From the NCBI GenBank assembly GCA_963743305.1, contig CAVUPH010000034.1, positions 1 through 64,000 on the forward strand: 64,000 nt of DNA, written 5' to 3'. The position numbers and the translations under genes were made by a program. Shown here in pieces: positions 30,793-39,274 of the stretch. Source of the stretch: an uncultured delta proteobacterium (lineage in GTDB: Bacteria; Desulfobacterota; RBG-13-43-22). The notes below the pieces were generated by a model. The model was not told the DNA's origin. It worked only from the letters and a program-made list of their open reading frames with translations, and made no database searches. The stretch's first letter is position 1. Each line of letters opens with the position of its first letter.

Positions 30793-31953
30793 CAACCTAA
30801 AAAAGGCCACGAGCCGCCGGTCATCAATCGTCTTCCTGACCTTGTCGGTTGGATGGGAACGAAATCACATTTTCTTTTCGGACCACGCCAGACCGGCAAG
30901 ACCTTCCTGATTCACCGGTTGTTTTCCGGGATCCAATTGTACGATCTACTCGATACTTCCATTTACCTGGCCCTCAGTCGGAATCCCGGTCTTCTGGAAG
31001 AGCAACTGTCACCAGAGAATAAGGTAGTGGTCATTGACGAAGTCCAGCGCCTTCCTGAACTGCTCAACGAAGTTCACCGCCTTATCGAGAAACGACGGAT
31101 TCGATTTCTGTTAACAGGCTCCAGCGCCCGTAAATTGAGGCGGGGCGGCGTTAACCTGCTCGGTGGTCGCGCCCGTACCCGATACCTGCATCCCTTAACC
31201 TATCGGGAGTTGGGGGCGCGTTTCGATCTGGGAAAGGCCATTGCCCGCGGCTTACTGCCGTCTGTTTATTTCTCCGACGATCCCCAAGCAGACCTGGACG
31301 CTTATACCGGCACCTATCTGCAACAGGAAATCGTGGCGGAAGGGGCGACGCGAAACGTACCCGCCTTCAGCCGATTCCTGCACGTGGCCGCTCTGTGTAA
31401 TGCGACGGTCGTCAACTATACCAATGTTTCCAATGATGCCCAGGTACCCCGCACCACGGTCTATGAGTATTTCGAAATTTTAAAGGATACCCTGCTCCTG
31501 CACGAAGTCCCGGCTTGGCGCCATTCCCACAAACGCAAGCCACTGACGTCTTCCAAGTATTATTTCTTCGATGTCGGCGTAGCTTCAGCCTTACAGGGCC
31601 GCTTGGTTAAACCAGGCACACCCGAGTTCGGGCTGGCCTTTGAGACCTGGATTCTTCATGAACTGCTGAGTTACCGGGACTATCTCTCCGGTGAGCCGGT
31701 CAACTATTGGCGTTCCAACTCAGGATTCGAGGTCGATTTCATCCTGGGCGATCACACCGCCATAGAAATCAAAGCCAAGAAAACCGTAACCATTCAGGAC
31801 CTTAAATCCCTGAACGCCCTGGCGGAAGAGAAAAACCTTAAGCGTTTTCTCTGTGTCAGCCTGGAAGACCGTGCGCGGCAGGTGGGGGTGGTCCGAATAC
31901 TCCCCTACCGCCTTTTCCTAGACGCGCTATGGGACCGCGAATTTACTCCGTAA
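30775..31953 (+). CDS. AAA+ ATPase with DUF4143 / C-terminal PD-(D/E)xK-like domain
   Basis: GPRQTGKT, VIDEVQ, LTGSS, KYYFFDVG and YWRS..GFEVDFI...IEIK motifs. Confidence 0.92.
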   Translation: MTMKASQPKKGHEPPVINRLPDLVGWMGTKSHFLFGPRQTGKTFLIHRLFSGIQLYDLLDTSIYLALSRNPGLLEEQLSPENKVVVIDEVQRLPELLNEVHRLIEKRRIRFLLTGSSARKLRRGGVNLLGGRARTRYLHPLTYRELGARFDLGKAIARGLLPSVYFSDDPQADLDAYTGTYLQQEIVAEGATRNVPAFSRFLHVAALCNATVVNYTNVSNDAQVPRTTVYEYFEILKDTLLLHEVPAWRHSHKRKPLTSSKYYFFDVGVASALQGRLVKPGTPEFGLAFETWILHELLSYRDYLSGEPVNYWRSNSGFEVDFILGDHTAIEIKAKKTVTIQDLKSLNALAEEKNLKRFLCVSLEDRARQVGVVRILPYRLFLDALWDREFTP

Positions 31954-32127
31954 GAAAGATATAAATTCACTATTCTCCCTCCGTAACGTTGCGAGTTTAT
32001 GTAACCAGTACCTTTGGTCTTTTGCCACTGGGTTAGTGTGTATTGGTTTACTAAACCTAAATCCTTTTCTGCCGATATACTACCAGGGCAGAAAAACCCG
32101 ATCGGGATTCTTAAGGAGGAAAAAGAG

Positions 32128-33078
32128 ATGGCGAATCGTTTTAAGGGCAATACAAAAGGAATGATCCTCTTTGGCTTCTTTTTTTGGCTGACGGGGATTC
32201 TTTTAACACCGGTCTGGGGACTGGAAGTCTCCCCGGCCGATAAAAAGGCCTATTACGACGCCCTGGCGGCGACGGAAACCGCCACCCAGGATAAAATCAG
32301 CACGAAGCTCCTGGCCGTTCTTCCAAGTTGGGACCCGATCAATCATGAACGGTTACACGGCGGGGATATCGTCTGGGAAGGAGTGCCGGGGCAATCCCGT
32401 ATCCTGGTGGGCGCCTTTATGTCCCGGGCCAGTTACCAGAATTATTACGCCTCGCACCTGAACGATCCGGAATATCTTCTGACCAAAAGCCTCTGGGTCA
32501 CCGTCGTCCCGGAGCTGAAGAATTTTTTCATGGGGCAAACCTGTCCCCCCTCTAAAGAACGGGTCCGCCAATTGATGGGCCTTAACCCGGCCTATTCTTT
32601 CGATGTTTTTCTGGAAATGTGGGTCTCCCCTTCCGATCTCTTTCGACCCAGTCCGGACCCCGAAGCCAACGATCATGAAGCCATGCTGGCCAGAAAGATT
32701 GGGCCGGGAAACTGGGTGTTTCCCCAGGACGGCAATCCTTTTATCCAAATCAACGACACCGCGCTTTTTTTGGAGGCCAACTGGCTGGCCCCGAAAACCT
32801 TCAAACAATGGTTTATGGATCGTGCCGAGACCATCTATCATCGCGACGGCGAAGACCCGAGCGGCTGGGGAGACCCCTGGACTCGCCTGGGGTACACTTA
32901 TGATTGGGGAAATCCCGTCAATCCGATCGGAATGAGTGAATTCATACTCCGTATCCGCCCCGACACTAAGGATTTGGCGATTAAACTGGTAAAGGCCGTC
33001 GACGCCGACACGGTTGACTGGAGCGGTTACTTCAAATGTCTCTATAACGTCTGGTATCCACTGATTTTCAATAATTGA
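32128..33078 (+). CDS. Secreted protein of unknown function
   Basis: AAGGAGG RBS; signal peptide; LWVTVVPEL, DLFRP and PWTRLGYTYDWG segments. Confidence 0.8.
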   Translation: MANRFKGNTKGMILFGFFFWLTGILLTPVWGLEVSPADKKAYYDALAATETATQDKISTKLLAVLPSWDPINHERLHGGDIVWEGVPGQSRILVGAFMSRASYQNYYASHLNDPEYLLTKSLWVTVVPELKNFFMGQTCPPSKERVRQLMGLNPAYSFDVFLEMWVSPSDLFRPSPDPEANDHEAMLARKIGPGNWVFPQDGNPFIQINDTALFLEANWLAPKTFKQWFMDRAETIYHRDGEDPSGWGDPWTRLGYTYDWGNPVNPIGMSEFILRIRPDTKDLAIKLVKAVDADTVDWSGYFKCLYNVWYPLIFNN

Positions 33079-33131
33079 GAGGTGGGAGCGGACGGCAGGT
33101 CACCGGCGCGCGGAAACACTCCCTCCGGCCT

Positions 33132-33353
33132 TCAGACCGCTTCCACCAGCGTTACTTCCGGGACCTGCTGTTTTAAAAATTTCTCAATCCCCATCTTTAA
33201 GGTCATTTGGGACATGGGGCAACCCTTGCAGGCCCCGGTTAATCGCACCTTTACCAGGCCCCCTTCGGTGACCTCCACCAATTCCACGTCTCCGCCATCG
33301 GCCTGTAACTGCGGCCGGACTTTATTCAGCGCATCCTGGACTTTTTCTTTCAT
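33132..33353 (-). CDS. NifU C-terminal (Nfu) Fe-S carrier
   Basis: VRPQLQADGGDVELV..LTGACKGCPMS..TLKMGIE. Confidence 0.95.
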   Translation of the reverse strand: MKEKVQDALNKVRPQLQADGGDVELVEVTEGGLVKVRLTGACKGCPMSQMTLKMGIEKFLKQQVPEVTLVEAV

Positions 33354-33671
33354 CGATTTTCCCCCTTCAGGCGTTTCGCCCATTAATTGCCGGCCTCCGG
33401 CTTTCGCCAGACGACTCACGGCTACTTTTTATTAAGGTCTGACGACCCTCCTCCGGCAGATAGTGAGCCGGAGTCCCGAATCCAGGCCCTTCCCCTTGAT
33501 TCGACCTGTAATAACCTATCACTTCTCCAGCCGAAGAGCCAATAATTTATCCTCTCGGCGACGGTGACTTATTTCATGATTGTACGAATAGCCTGAATTC
33601 AAAGAAAAAAATTTAATATTCGCCAATTACCGGTCGATAATCCGGTAAAACCTTTTCAATGGAGGGAGTGG

Positions 33672-34163
33672 ATGGCTCACACGGTTATCAGAAGAAGGAT
33701 CACTCGGACGTTCTGGGGCCTGCTCCTTTTTGGTCTCCTGGTCTTCTTGAGCGCTCCTGGCCGGACTGAAGAAAAAATCAATCGCTACGTGGGATCGGAG
33801 ACGTGCGGGGGCTGCCATAGCGAACAATTCGATAATTTTACCAAATACTCCAAAAAAGCGCATTCCTTTCAGAGCATTGAAAAAATGAAAAAAGGACTTT
33901 CCGCCCAAGAAATCCAGAACTGCTATAAGTGCCATACCACCGGATACGGAAAACCGGGCGGGTTTCAGGACCCGGTCAAGAGCCCGGAACTGAAAAACGC
34001 CGGGTGCGAGGTCTGCCATGGTCCCGGTGGCGATCACGCCGACGCCCAAAATGGTAAAAAAATCCGCCGGAAAATGGACCTGAAGGTTTGTGAAGAGTGC
34101 CACACCAGTCAGCGGATTCAATCGTTTAAATTCAAACCATTAATCCATGCCGGAGCGCACTAA
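33672..34163 (+). CDS. Periplasmic tetraheme cytochrome c (c554-like)
   Basis: Signal peptide; CGGCH, CYKCH, CEVCH and CEECH. Confidence 0.92.
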   Translation: MAHTVIRRRITRTFWGLLLFGLLVFLSAPGRTEEKINRYVGSETCGGCHSEQFDNFTKYSKKAHSFQSIEKMKKGLSAQEIQNCYKCHTTGYGKPGGFQDPVKSPELKNAGCEVCHGPGGDHADAQNGKKIRRKMDLKVCEECHTSQRIQSFKFKPLIHAGAH

Positions 34164-34165
34164 CC

Positions 34166-35698
34166 ATGTTCAATCCCGATAAACGCTTTCATCTCCCCGG
34201 TCTCAAGAAAATAGCCTCCAGTTTGCAAATGAAATTGCTGCTGACCTTGTCGGTCATTACCTTGTTGGTGGTGGGCCTCCTCCTTTACGTCCTCATGACC
34301 GGGCAGGAAAACAGTATCCGTACGCAATTGAAACGGTCGGGCGACCTGCTGGGCGGATCGGTATTTAACGGGATTATCTATCCCCTTTCCAGGGGGGATA
34401 ATGAAACCGTAAAAAACCAACTTTCCCAAATGCAGGAAAAGATGAAGGCTATCCAGGTCTTTGTTTTTGATTTTGATCAGAAGGTCTCCTTTGCCACCGA
34501 AAAAGCCATGATCGATCAATCGCTGAGCAATTTTGTCGCCAATCCCCGGGGCCTTTCGACCGTAAAGAAAGTTTTGAATGACGGGACCGCCCAGGACACG
34601 GGGTTTGAAGAAATGGTGGGAGGTCGGCCGTTTTTTTCGGTGGTCCAGCCGATCCGGAATGAGCCGGCCTGCTATCACTGCCACGGACAAAGCCGTTCGG
34701 TTCTGGGAGGCTTGCTGGTCAGGCAGTCCAGTGAGCAAGTGGTCTCGGCCTTGAATCGGACCCGATTATTGGGATTGCTCTTTGGAGGGCTGGGCATCGT
34801 CGGCATTATCGTGCTGGTGTTTTTTCTGATGAACCGCTACGTCGTTCAGCCGATCCGGGTGGTGGCCGCCAGGGCCGAACAATTGGCCCAAGGGGATTTA
34901 TCCGCCGGGGGGCAAGACCAGCAGACCGCAGAAGACGAGGTAGGTCAACTGAACCGGTCTTTCACTCAAATGACCGGCCAATTGCGCCGGGTGATTCAAA
35001 AAGTGATGCACCTCTCCCGCCAGGTGGCGGATGGATCTTCCAGCCAGGCCAGCGCTTTCGAAGAAACCTCGGCCTCGATCAACCAAATCGCTTCCATGAC
35101 CAAACAAAATGCCGAAAATGCTCGTTTCGCCGACCGGCTGATCATTGAGAACACCGGATTGGTGGAACAGGCCGATCATAGTATGCAGGATCTGGGCCTG
35201 TCCATGAAACACATTTCGGAGGCGGGTCTGGAGATCGGAAAAATCATCAAGACGATCGACGAAATCGCCTTTCAAACCAACCTGCTGGCCTTGAATGCCG
35301 CCGTTGAGGCCGCTCGGGCCGGAGAGGCGGGCGCCGGATTCGCCGTAGTGGCCAATGAGGTGCGGAGCCTGGCCCTGAAATCGACTGAGGCCTCGAAAAA
35401 CACGGCCGACCTGATAAATAACACCATCAGCAAGATCGAGCAGGGATCAGGAATGGTCAAGAAAACCGGCGAACTTTTTGATCGGATTTTGACCGGGACT
35501 CAAAAGGCTAAGAGTCTGATCAGTGAGATTTCCGAGGCCAGTCAGGAACAGTCCCAGGGGCTTGATCAAGTCAGCCAGGCTATAGTCCAGATCGAGGGCG
35601 TGACCCAGAAAAACGCCGAAGGAGCGGAAGAAATGGCCACGGATATGGCCTTCTTTACGTTGGAACCAGGAAACCACAAACTATTGCCTGCCCCGTAA
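34166..35698 (+). CDS. Methyl-accepting chemotaxis protein with periplasmic heme-c motif (DcrA-like)
   Basis: Two TM helices, periplasmic CYHCH, HAMP, and [23 protein letters not shown] signalling tip. Confidence 0.93.
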   Translation: MFNPDKRFHLPGLKKIASSLQMKLLLTLSVITLLVVGLLLYVLMTGQENSIRTQLKRSGDLLGGSVFNGIIYPLSRGDNETVKNQLSQMQEKMKAIQVFVFDFDQKVSFATEKAMIDQSLSNFVANPRGLSTVKKVLNDGTAQDTGFEEMVGGRPFFSVVQPIRNEPACYHCHGQSRSVLGGLLVRQSSEQVVSALNRTRLLGLLFGGLGIVGIIVLVFFLMNRYVVQPIRVVAARAEQLAQGDLSAGGQDQQTAEDEVGQLNRSFTQMTGQLRRVIQKVMHLSRQVADGSSSQASAFEETSASINQIASMTKQNAENARFADRLIIENTGLVEQADHSMQDLGLSMKHISEAGLEIGKIIKTIDEIAFQTNLLALNAAVEAARAGEAGAGFAVVANEVRSLALKSTEASKNTADLINNTISKIEQGSGMVKKTGELFDRILTGTQKAKSLISEISEASQEQSQGLDQVSQAIVQIEGVTQKNAEGAEEMATDMAFFTLEPGNHKLLPAP

Positions 35699-35860
35699 GA
35701 GTAACCAGGCCCGGGGTAAGGCTACGACGACATGGGCTAAATCCGGCTCCGGGTTGGGCGGCGGGGTCGCCGCCCCTACGAGGAACTAAACCAACACGCC
35801 CGCGGGCGGGTACCCCGAGGTCTAAAAATAGAAGGGCAACTTTTAGCCTAACTGGTTGAC

Positions 35861-35901
35861 ATTAATAATTAATAATCAATTGTTAATTATTAACTATTAA
35901 T
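35861..35901. repeat. AT-rich quasi-palindrome, second copy
   Basis: Shares 21 nt with 7757; lies between convergent genes. Confidence 0.7.
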
Positions 35902-35932
35902 GAATACTTTGTAGCCCGAGTTTATTTACGTA

Positions 35933-36268
35933 TTAAGGCGCCAGCAGAACCTGATCCCCAAATCGATCCGCCAGGGCCTTTTTCAGGGATTCCGCAACGG
36001 CTTCGTCCGTCAATTCAACAAATAACTCCCCTTTTTCCCCAACCACCAGGCGCCCGAAGGGCGCTACCACTTCGGCCACCTCGTCGGGCTCGACGGTCCA
36101 CCAGCCCCGGGTGCGATCCAGCAATTCCCGTCCCTTTAATCGACGGGGTGTGACCAGATCGATGGTTCGGAACCAGGCCTCCCAGCCGATCTGGGCCGGG
36201 GCGGCTAAAACCGGGCTGACGGGATCATGATAAATCCGGCAGCGCCCGAAGAGTCGCAGATAAATCAT
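35933..36268 (-). CDS. Hypothetical protein
   Basis: GGAGG RBS; TGATG overlap with the upstream ORF. Confidence 0.7.
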   Translation of the reverse strand: MIYLRLFGRCRIYHDPVSPVLAAPAQIGWEAWFRTIDLVTPRRLKGRELLDRTRGWWTVEPDEVAEVVAPFGRLVVGEKGELFVELTDEAVAESLKKALADRFGDQVLLAP

Positions 36269-36606
36269 CAGAGAACATCCTCCATTAGCTCGCGGATATC
36301 GTCTTCGGGCCAATCCATAGGGATCGGAGGGCCGACCCCTTGTTCTTTAAAAGCCCGGACGAGGGCGTATTCATAAAGATCGGCGATCTGGGATTGCTTC
36401 AGCTCGGATCCCCGGTAATTGGCTCGGGCCCAAGCTCGTTCCCAGAGCCGCCGGGCGAGATCCCGGGCCGGGCGAACCCGGGGATCAAAGGCCGGGATGG
36501 CCAGGCGGACCAATACCCCGGCCTGCCGGGCTTCCAGCAAACCAAATATCTTCCGCAGCCGCTCTACCTCCGGGTCTAATTCCCAGGAGTCTTTTGAAGA
36601 CCTCAA
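36268..36606 (-). CDS. Hypothetical protein
   Basis: Fills the gap between ttcA and the next ORF; translationally coupled. Confidence 0.65.
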   Translation of the reverse strand: MRSSKDSWELDPEVERLRKIFGLLEARQAGVLVRLAIPAFDPRVRPARDLARRLWERAWARANYRGSELKQSQIADLYEYALVRAFKEQGVGPPIPMDWPEDDIRELMEDVL

Positions 36607-36619
36607 TTAAAATTTCCTC

Positions 36620-37375
36620 TCACGTTCGCCTTTTTCCTCTCGGAATCGGCGGCAACAAGTAGTCGGTTCGGATATTACTCAGGGCATTAAAAATATTGCC
36701 TTTGATCTTGGGGTTGTGGACGTAGGCTTCGGTTAGCATTTTTTTGAGCTGCTCGCGGGAAGACCGGCCGGCGCTGGGGCAGGGATTGATAATTTCCGGC
36801 CAGGCCCGTCTGTGGACCAATCCCTGGATCTCCCGTTCCCCGAGCAGGGTCAGCGGCCGGATCAGCGTCAAAGCCCCCTGAAACAGGACTTGACGGGGGA
36901 CCATGGTACTGATTTGGCCTCCAAAAAATAGGTTCAGGAAGAAGGTTTCAATGATATCGTCCTGGTTATGTCCCAAGGCCAGCTTGGAACAGCCCAAGGT
37001 ATGGGCCATTTCAAACAAGCGCCGGCGACGCAACCGGGCGCAAAGGAAACAGGGGTTCTCGCGGTTTTCAGGACCATGGGCCCGAATTCCATAATCAGTT
37101 TGTTCAAAATGGAATGGTATTTCCAGACTCCGGCAGAAGGCCTCAACCGCTTGAGGTCGTGTACCGGAAAAACCCATATCCAGATGTACGGCGATCAATT
37201 CATAGGGGTTGGGGATCCAACGGAGACGTTCCCGCAGCAGCCATAAGAGCGAGAGGCTGTCCTTTCCCCCGGAAACCGCAACGGCGATGCGTTCTCCCCC
37301 ATCGATCAATTCATAGTGACGAATGGCTCGGCCCAACTTTTTAAATATCTTTTTGTCGGCCGCCGGCAGTTCCAT
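36620..37375 (-). CDS. ttcA: tRNA 2-thiocytidine biosynthesis protein (TtcA family)
   Basis: SGGKDS PP-loop, CFLCARLRR, GHNQDD, IRPL and NPCP. Confidence 0.92.
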   Translation of the reverse strand: MELPAADKKIFKKLGRAIRHYELIDGGERIAVAVSGGKDSLSLLWLLRERLRWIPNPYELIAVHLDMGFSGTRPQAVEAFCRSLEIPFHFEQTDYGIRAHGPENRENPCFLCARLRRRRLFEMAHTLGCSKLALGHNQDDIIETFFLNLFFGGQISTMVPRQVLFQGALTLIRPLTLLGEREIQGLVHRRAWPEIINPCPSAGRSSREQLKKMLTEAYVHNPKIKGNIFNALSNIRTDYLLPPIPRGKRRT

Positions 37376-37442
37376 GGTTTGAGTTTATACCAGAATCGGA
37401 GGAGGTTCCAGACTTCTTTTTCATTCGATGTTGGACATTTAG

Positions 37443-37611
37443 TTAGAACCCTTCAAGAAATAAGCTGTACAATACCGCTGATATCTCCGTTCCTGCTGAG
37501 CCTGTCGAAGCATGGCCGTATCGTTTACCCTTCGACTGCTCGACAGGCTCGCAGCTCAGGGCGAACGGCTGTAGGGCCGCTTTGTCAAGGTTATTTGTTT
37601 ACAGGTCCTAA
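37443..37611. mobile_element. ~169-bp MITE/REPIN-like element, copy B (inverted relative to A)
   Basis: TTAG...CTAA ends; reverse complement of 30534-30700. Confidence 0.85.
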
Positions 37612-37696
37612 GTTAGTACAAAAATAGCTCATCCCAAAGAGCGAAACCACAAATTTAGTTGCACCACCGGACAAGATCCATTAGCATCCAAGACCG

Positions 37697-39214
37697 ATGC
37701 CCACACCGGAAAACCACTATTACCTGAAGCGGCTTCTCCTCCTCCTGGCCCTGGTCCTGGGGGGCCGATTGGCGATGGCCGCCCTCCTGCCGCTGAGTCC
37801 TCAGGAGGCCTATTACTGGGTCTTTTCCCTTCATCCGGCCTGGAGCTATTTCGACCACCCTCCCCTGACCGCTTACCTCATCGGGTTTTTCACCCATTTC
37901 CTGGGCGATCAGGCGGTGGTCATTCGTTTAAGCGCCCTGCTCTTCTCCTTTGGTTTTTCCCTGCTGGCCTATTACCTGGGAAAAGAACTGTTCGATCCTC
38001 GGGTCGGATTCCGGGCCGGGGTGTTATCCGCCCTACTGCCCTCTTACGCCATAAACGCCTTGATCATTACGCCGGATGTCCCCCTGGTGTTCTTCTGGAC
38101 GCTGTCCGCGTTCCTGACCCTGCGAGCGATCCAAAAAAACCGTTTCGGGTATCACCTCTTATCCGGAATTTCTCTAGGATTGGCCCTAGCATCGAAATAC
38201 ACGGCCGTATTGTTGCCGGCTTCCCTGCTCCTTTTTTTACTCTTGACTCCGGACCGGCGGCGCCACCTGAAACGCTGGGAGCTCTATGGGGGCTGGGTCC
38301 TGGCGGCGCTTATTTTTTCCCCGGTCATCCTCTGGAATGCGGGCCACGATTGGGCCTCCTTCGCCTTCCAATCCACCGACCGCGCCCGGGAGCTGGGCAA
38401 ATTTTCTCCCAGAGAGTTGGGCGCCTTTCTGGCCTCCCAGGCGGGTGTCCTCACCCCCCTGGTCTTTGCCGGAATGGCGGTCACCTTGGGACTGGGCGTC
38501 AAACGAATTTTCCAACGGCCAGGCTGGAGGGAAAATTTCCTCTTATTCTTGAGCCTGCCCATGATCGGACTGTTCACCCTGGTGGCTACGCGGGAATGGG
38601 TCAAGATGAACTGGCTGATCCCGGCGTACCTGCCCTTGATCATTCTGATGATGCGCTACTACCAGGAAAGAATCTTTTCCTGGAAATGGGTCTACCGGGG
38701 GCCGGCGGCCTGGACCTGGGTGACGGTGGGGGTGTTTTTTATTGTTCTGCACCTCTGGCCCTTTGTCCCTCAAATCAAGGTTTCCGGCTCCATGGACACC
38801 TTGACCGGTTGGCGGGAATTGGCCGAACACCTGCAAAAAGTCCAAGAAACGATCCAAAAGGAAAGCGGTTCGGACCAACCGCCCTTTATCCTGGCCTGGG
38901 GGCATAAGACGGCTTCGGAGTTATGGTTCGAATTGAAAGGACATCCCCCCGTGTATGCCCAAACGGCGCTGGGTAAAAAGGCCCTGGCTTACGATTTCTG
39001 GTTCGACCCGGCGCCGCTCAAGGGAAAGGATGCCCTTTTTGTCTGGAGTTCATTTGAAAATTATTCTTATGAAAGCTCCGATCTCTTAATCCGTTTTTTC
39101 GAAAAAGTGGAACCGCTGGAACCGTTTACCGTCTATCGGGGAAAGTATCCCTTACGAACGTTTCATATTTATCATTGTTCCCGCTATCGGGGTTTCGATT
39201 TCAAAAAACCCTGA
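37697..39214 (+). CDS. GT-C membrane glycosyltransferase (ArnT/PMT, GT39/83-like)
   Basis: QEAYYW..SYFDHPPL, ITPDVP, SKYT and FSPVILWNA; many TM helices. Confidence 0.9.
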   Translation: MPTPENHYYLKRLLLLLALVLGGRLAMAALLPLSPQEAYYWVFSLHPAWSYFDHPPLTAYLIGFFTHFLGDQAVVIRLSALLFSFGFSLLAYYLGKELFDPRVGFRAGVLSALLPSYAINALIITPDVPLVFFWTLSAFLTLRAIQKNRFGYHLLSGISLGLALASKYTAVLLPASLLLFLLLTPDRRRHLKRWELYGGWVLAALIFSPVILWNAGHDWASFAFQSTDRARELGKFSPRELGAFLASQAGVLTPLVFAGMAVTLGLGVKRIFQRPGWRENFLLFLSLPMIGLFTLVATREWVKMNWLIPAYLPLIILMMRYYQERIFSWKWVYRGPAAWTWVTVGVFFIVLHLWPFVPQIKVSGSMDTLTGWRELAEHLQKVQETIQKESGSDQPPFILAWGHKTASELWFELKGHPPVYAQTALGKKALAYDFWFDPAPLKGKDALFVWSSFENYSYESSDLLIRFFEKVEPLEPFTVYRGKYPLRTFHIYHCSRYRGFDFKKP

Positions 39215-39274
39215 CCGCTTAAATGTATGTCCGCATAGGCACAGCCGAGGGCGACTGGGCTACAGTCGGTCGGG

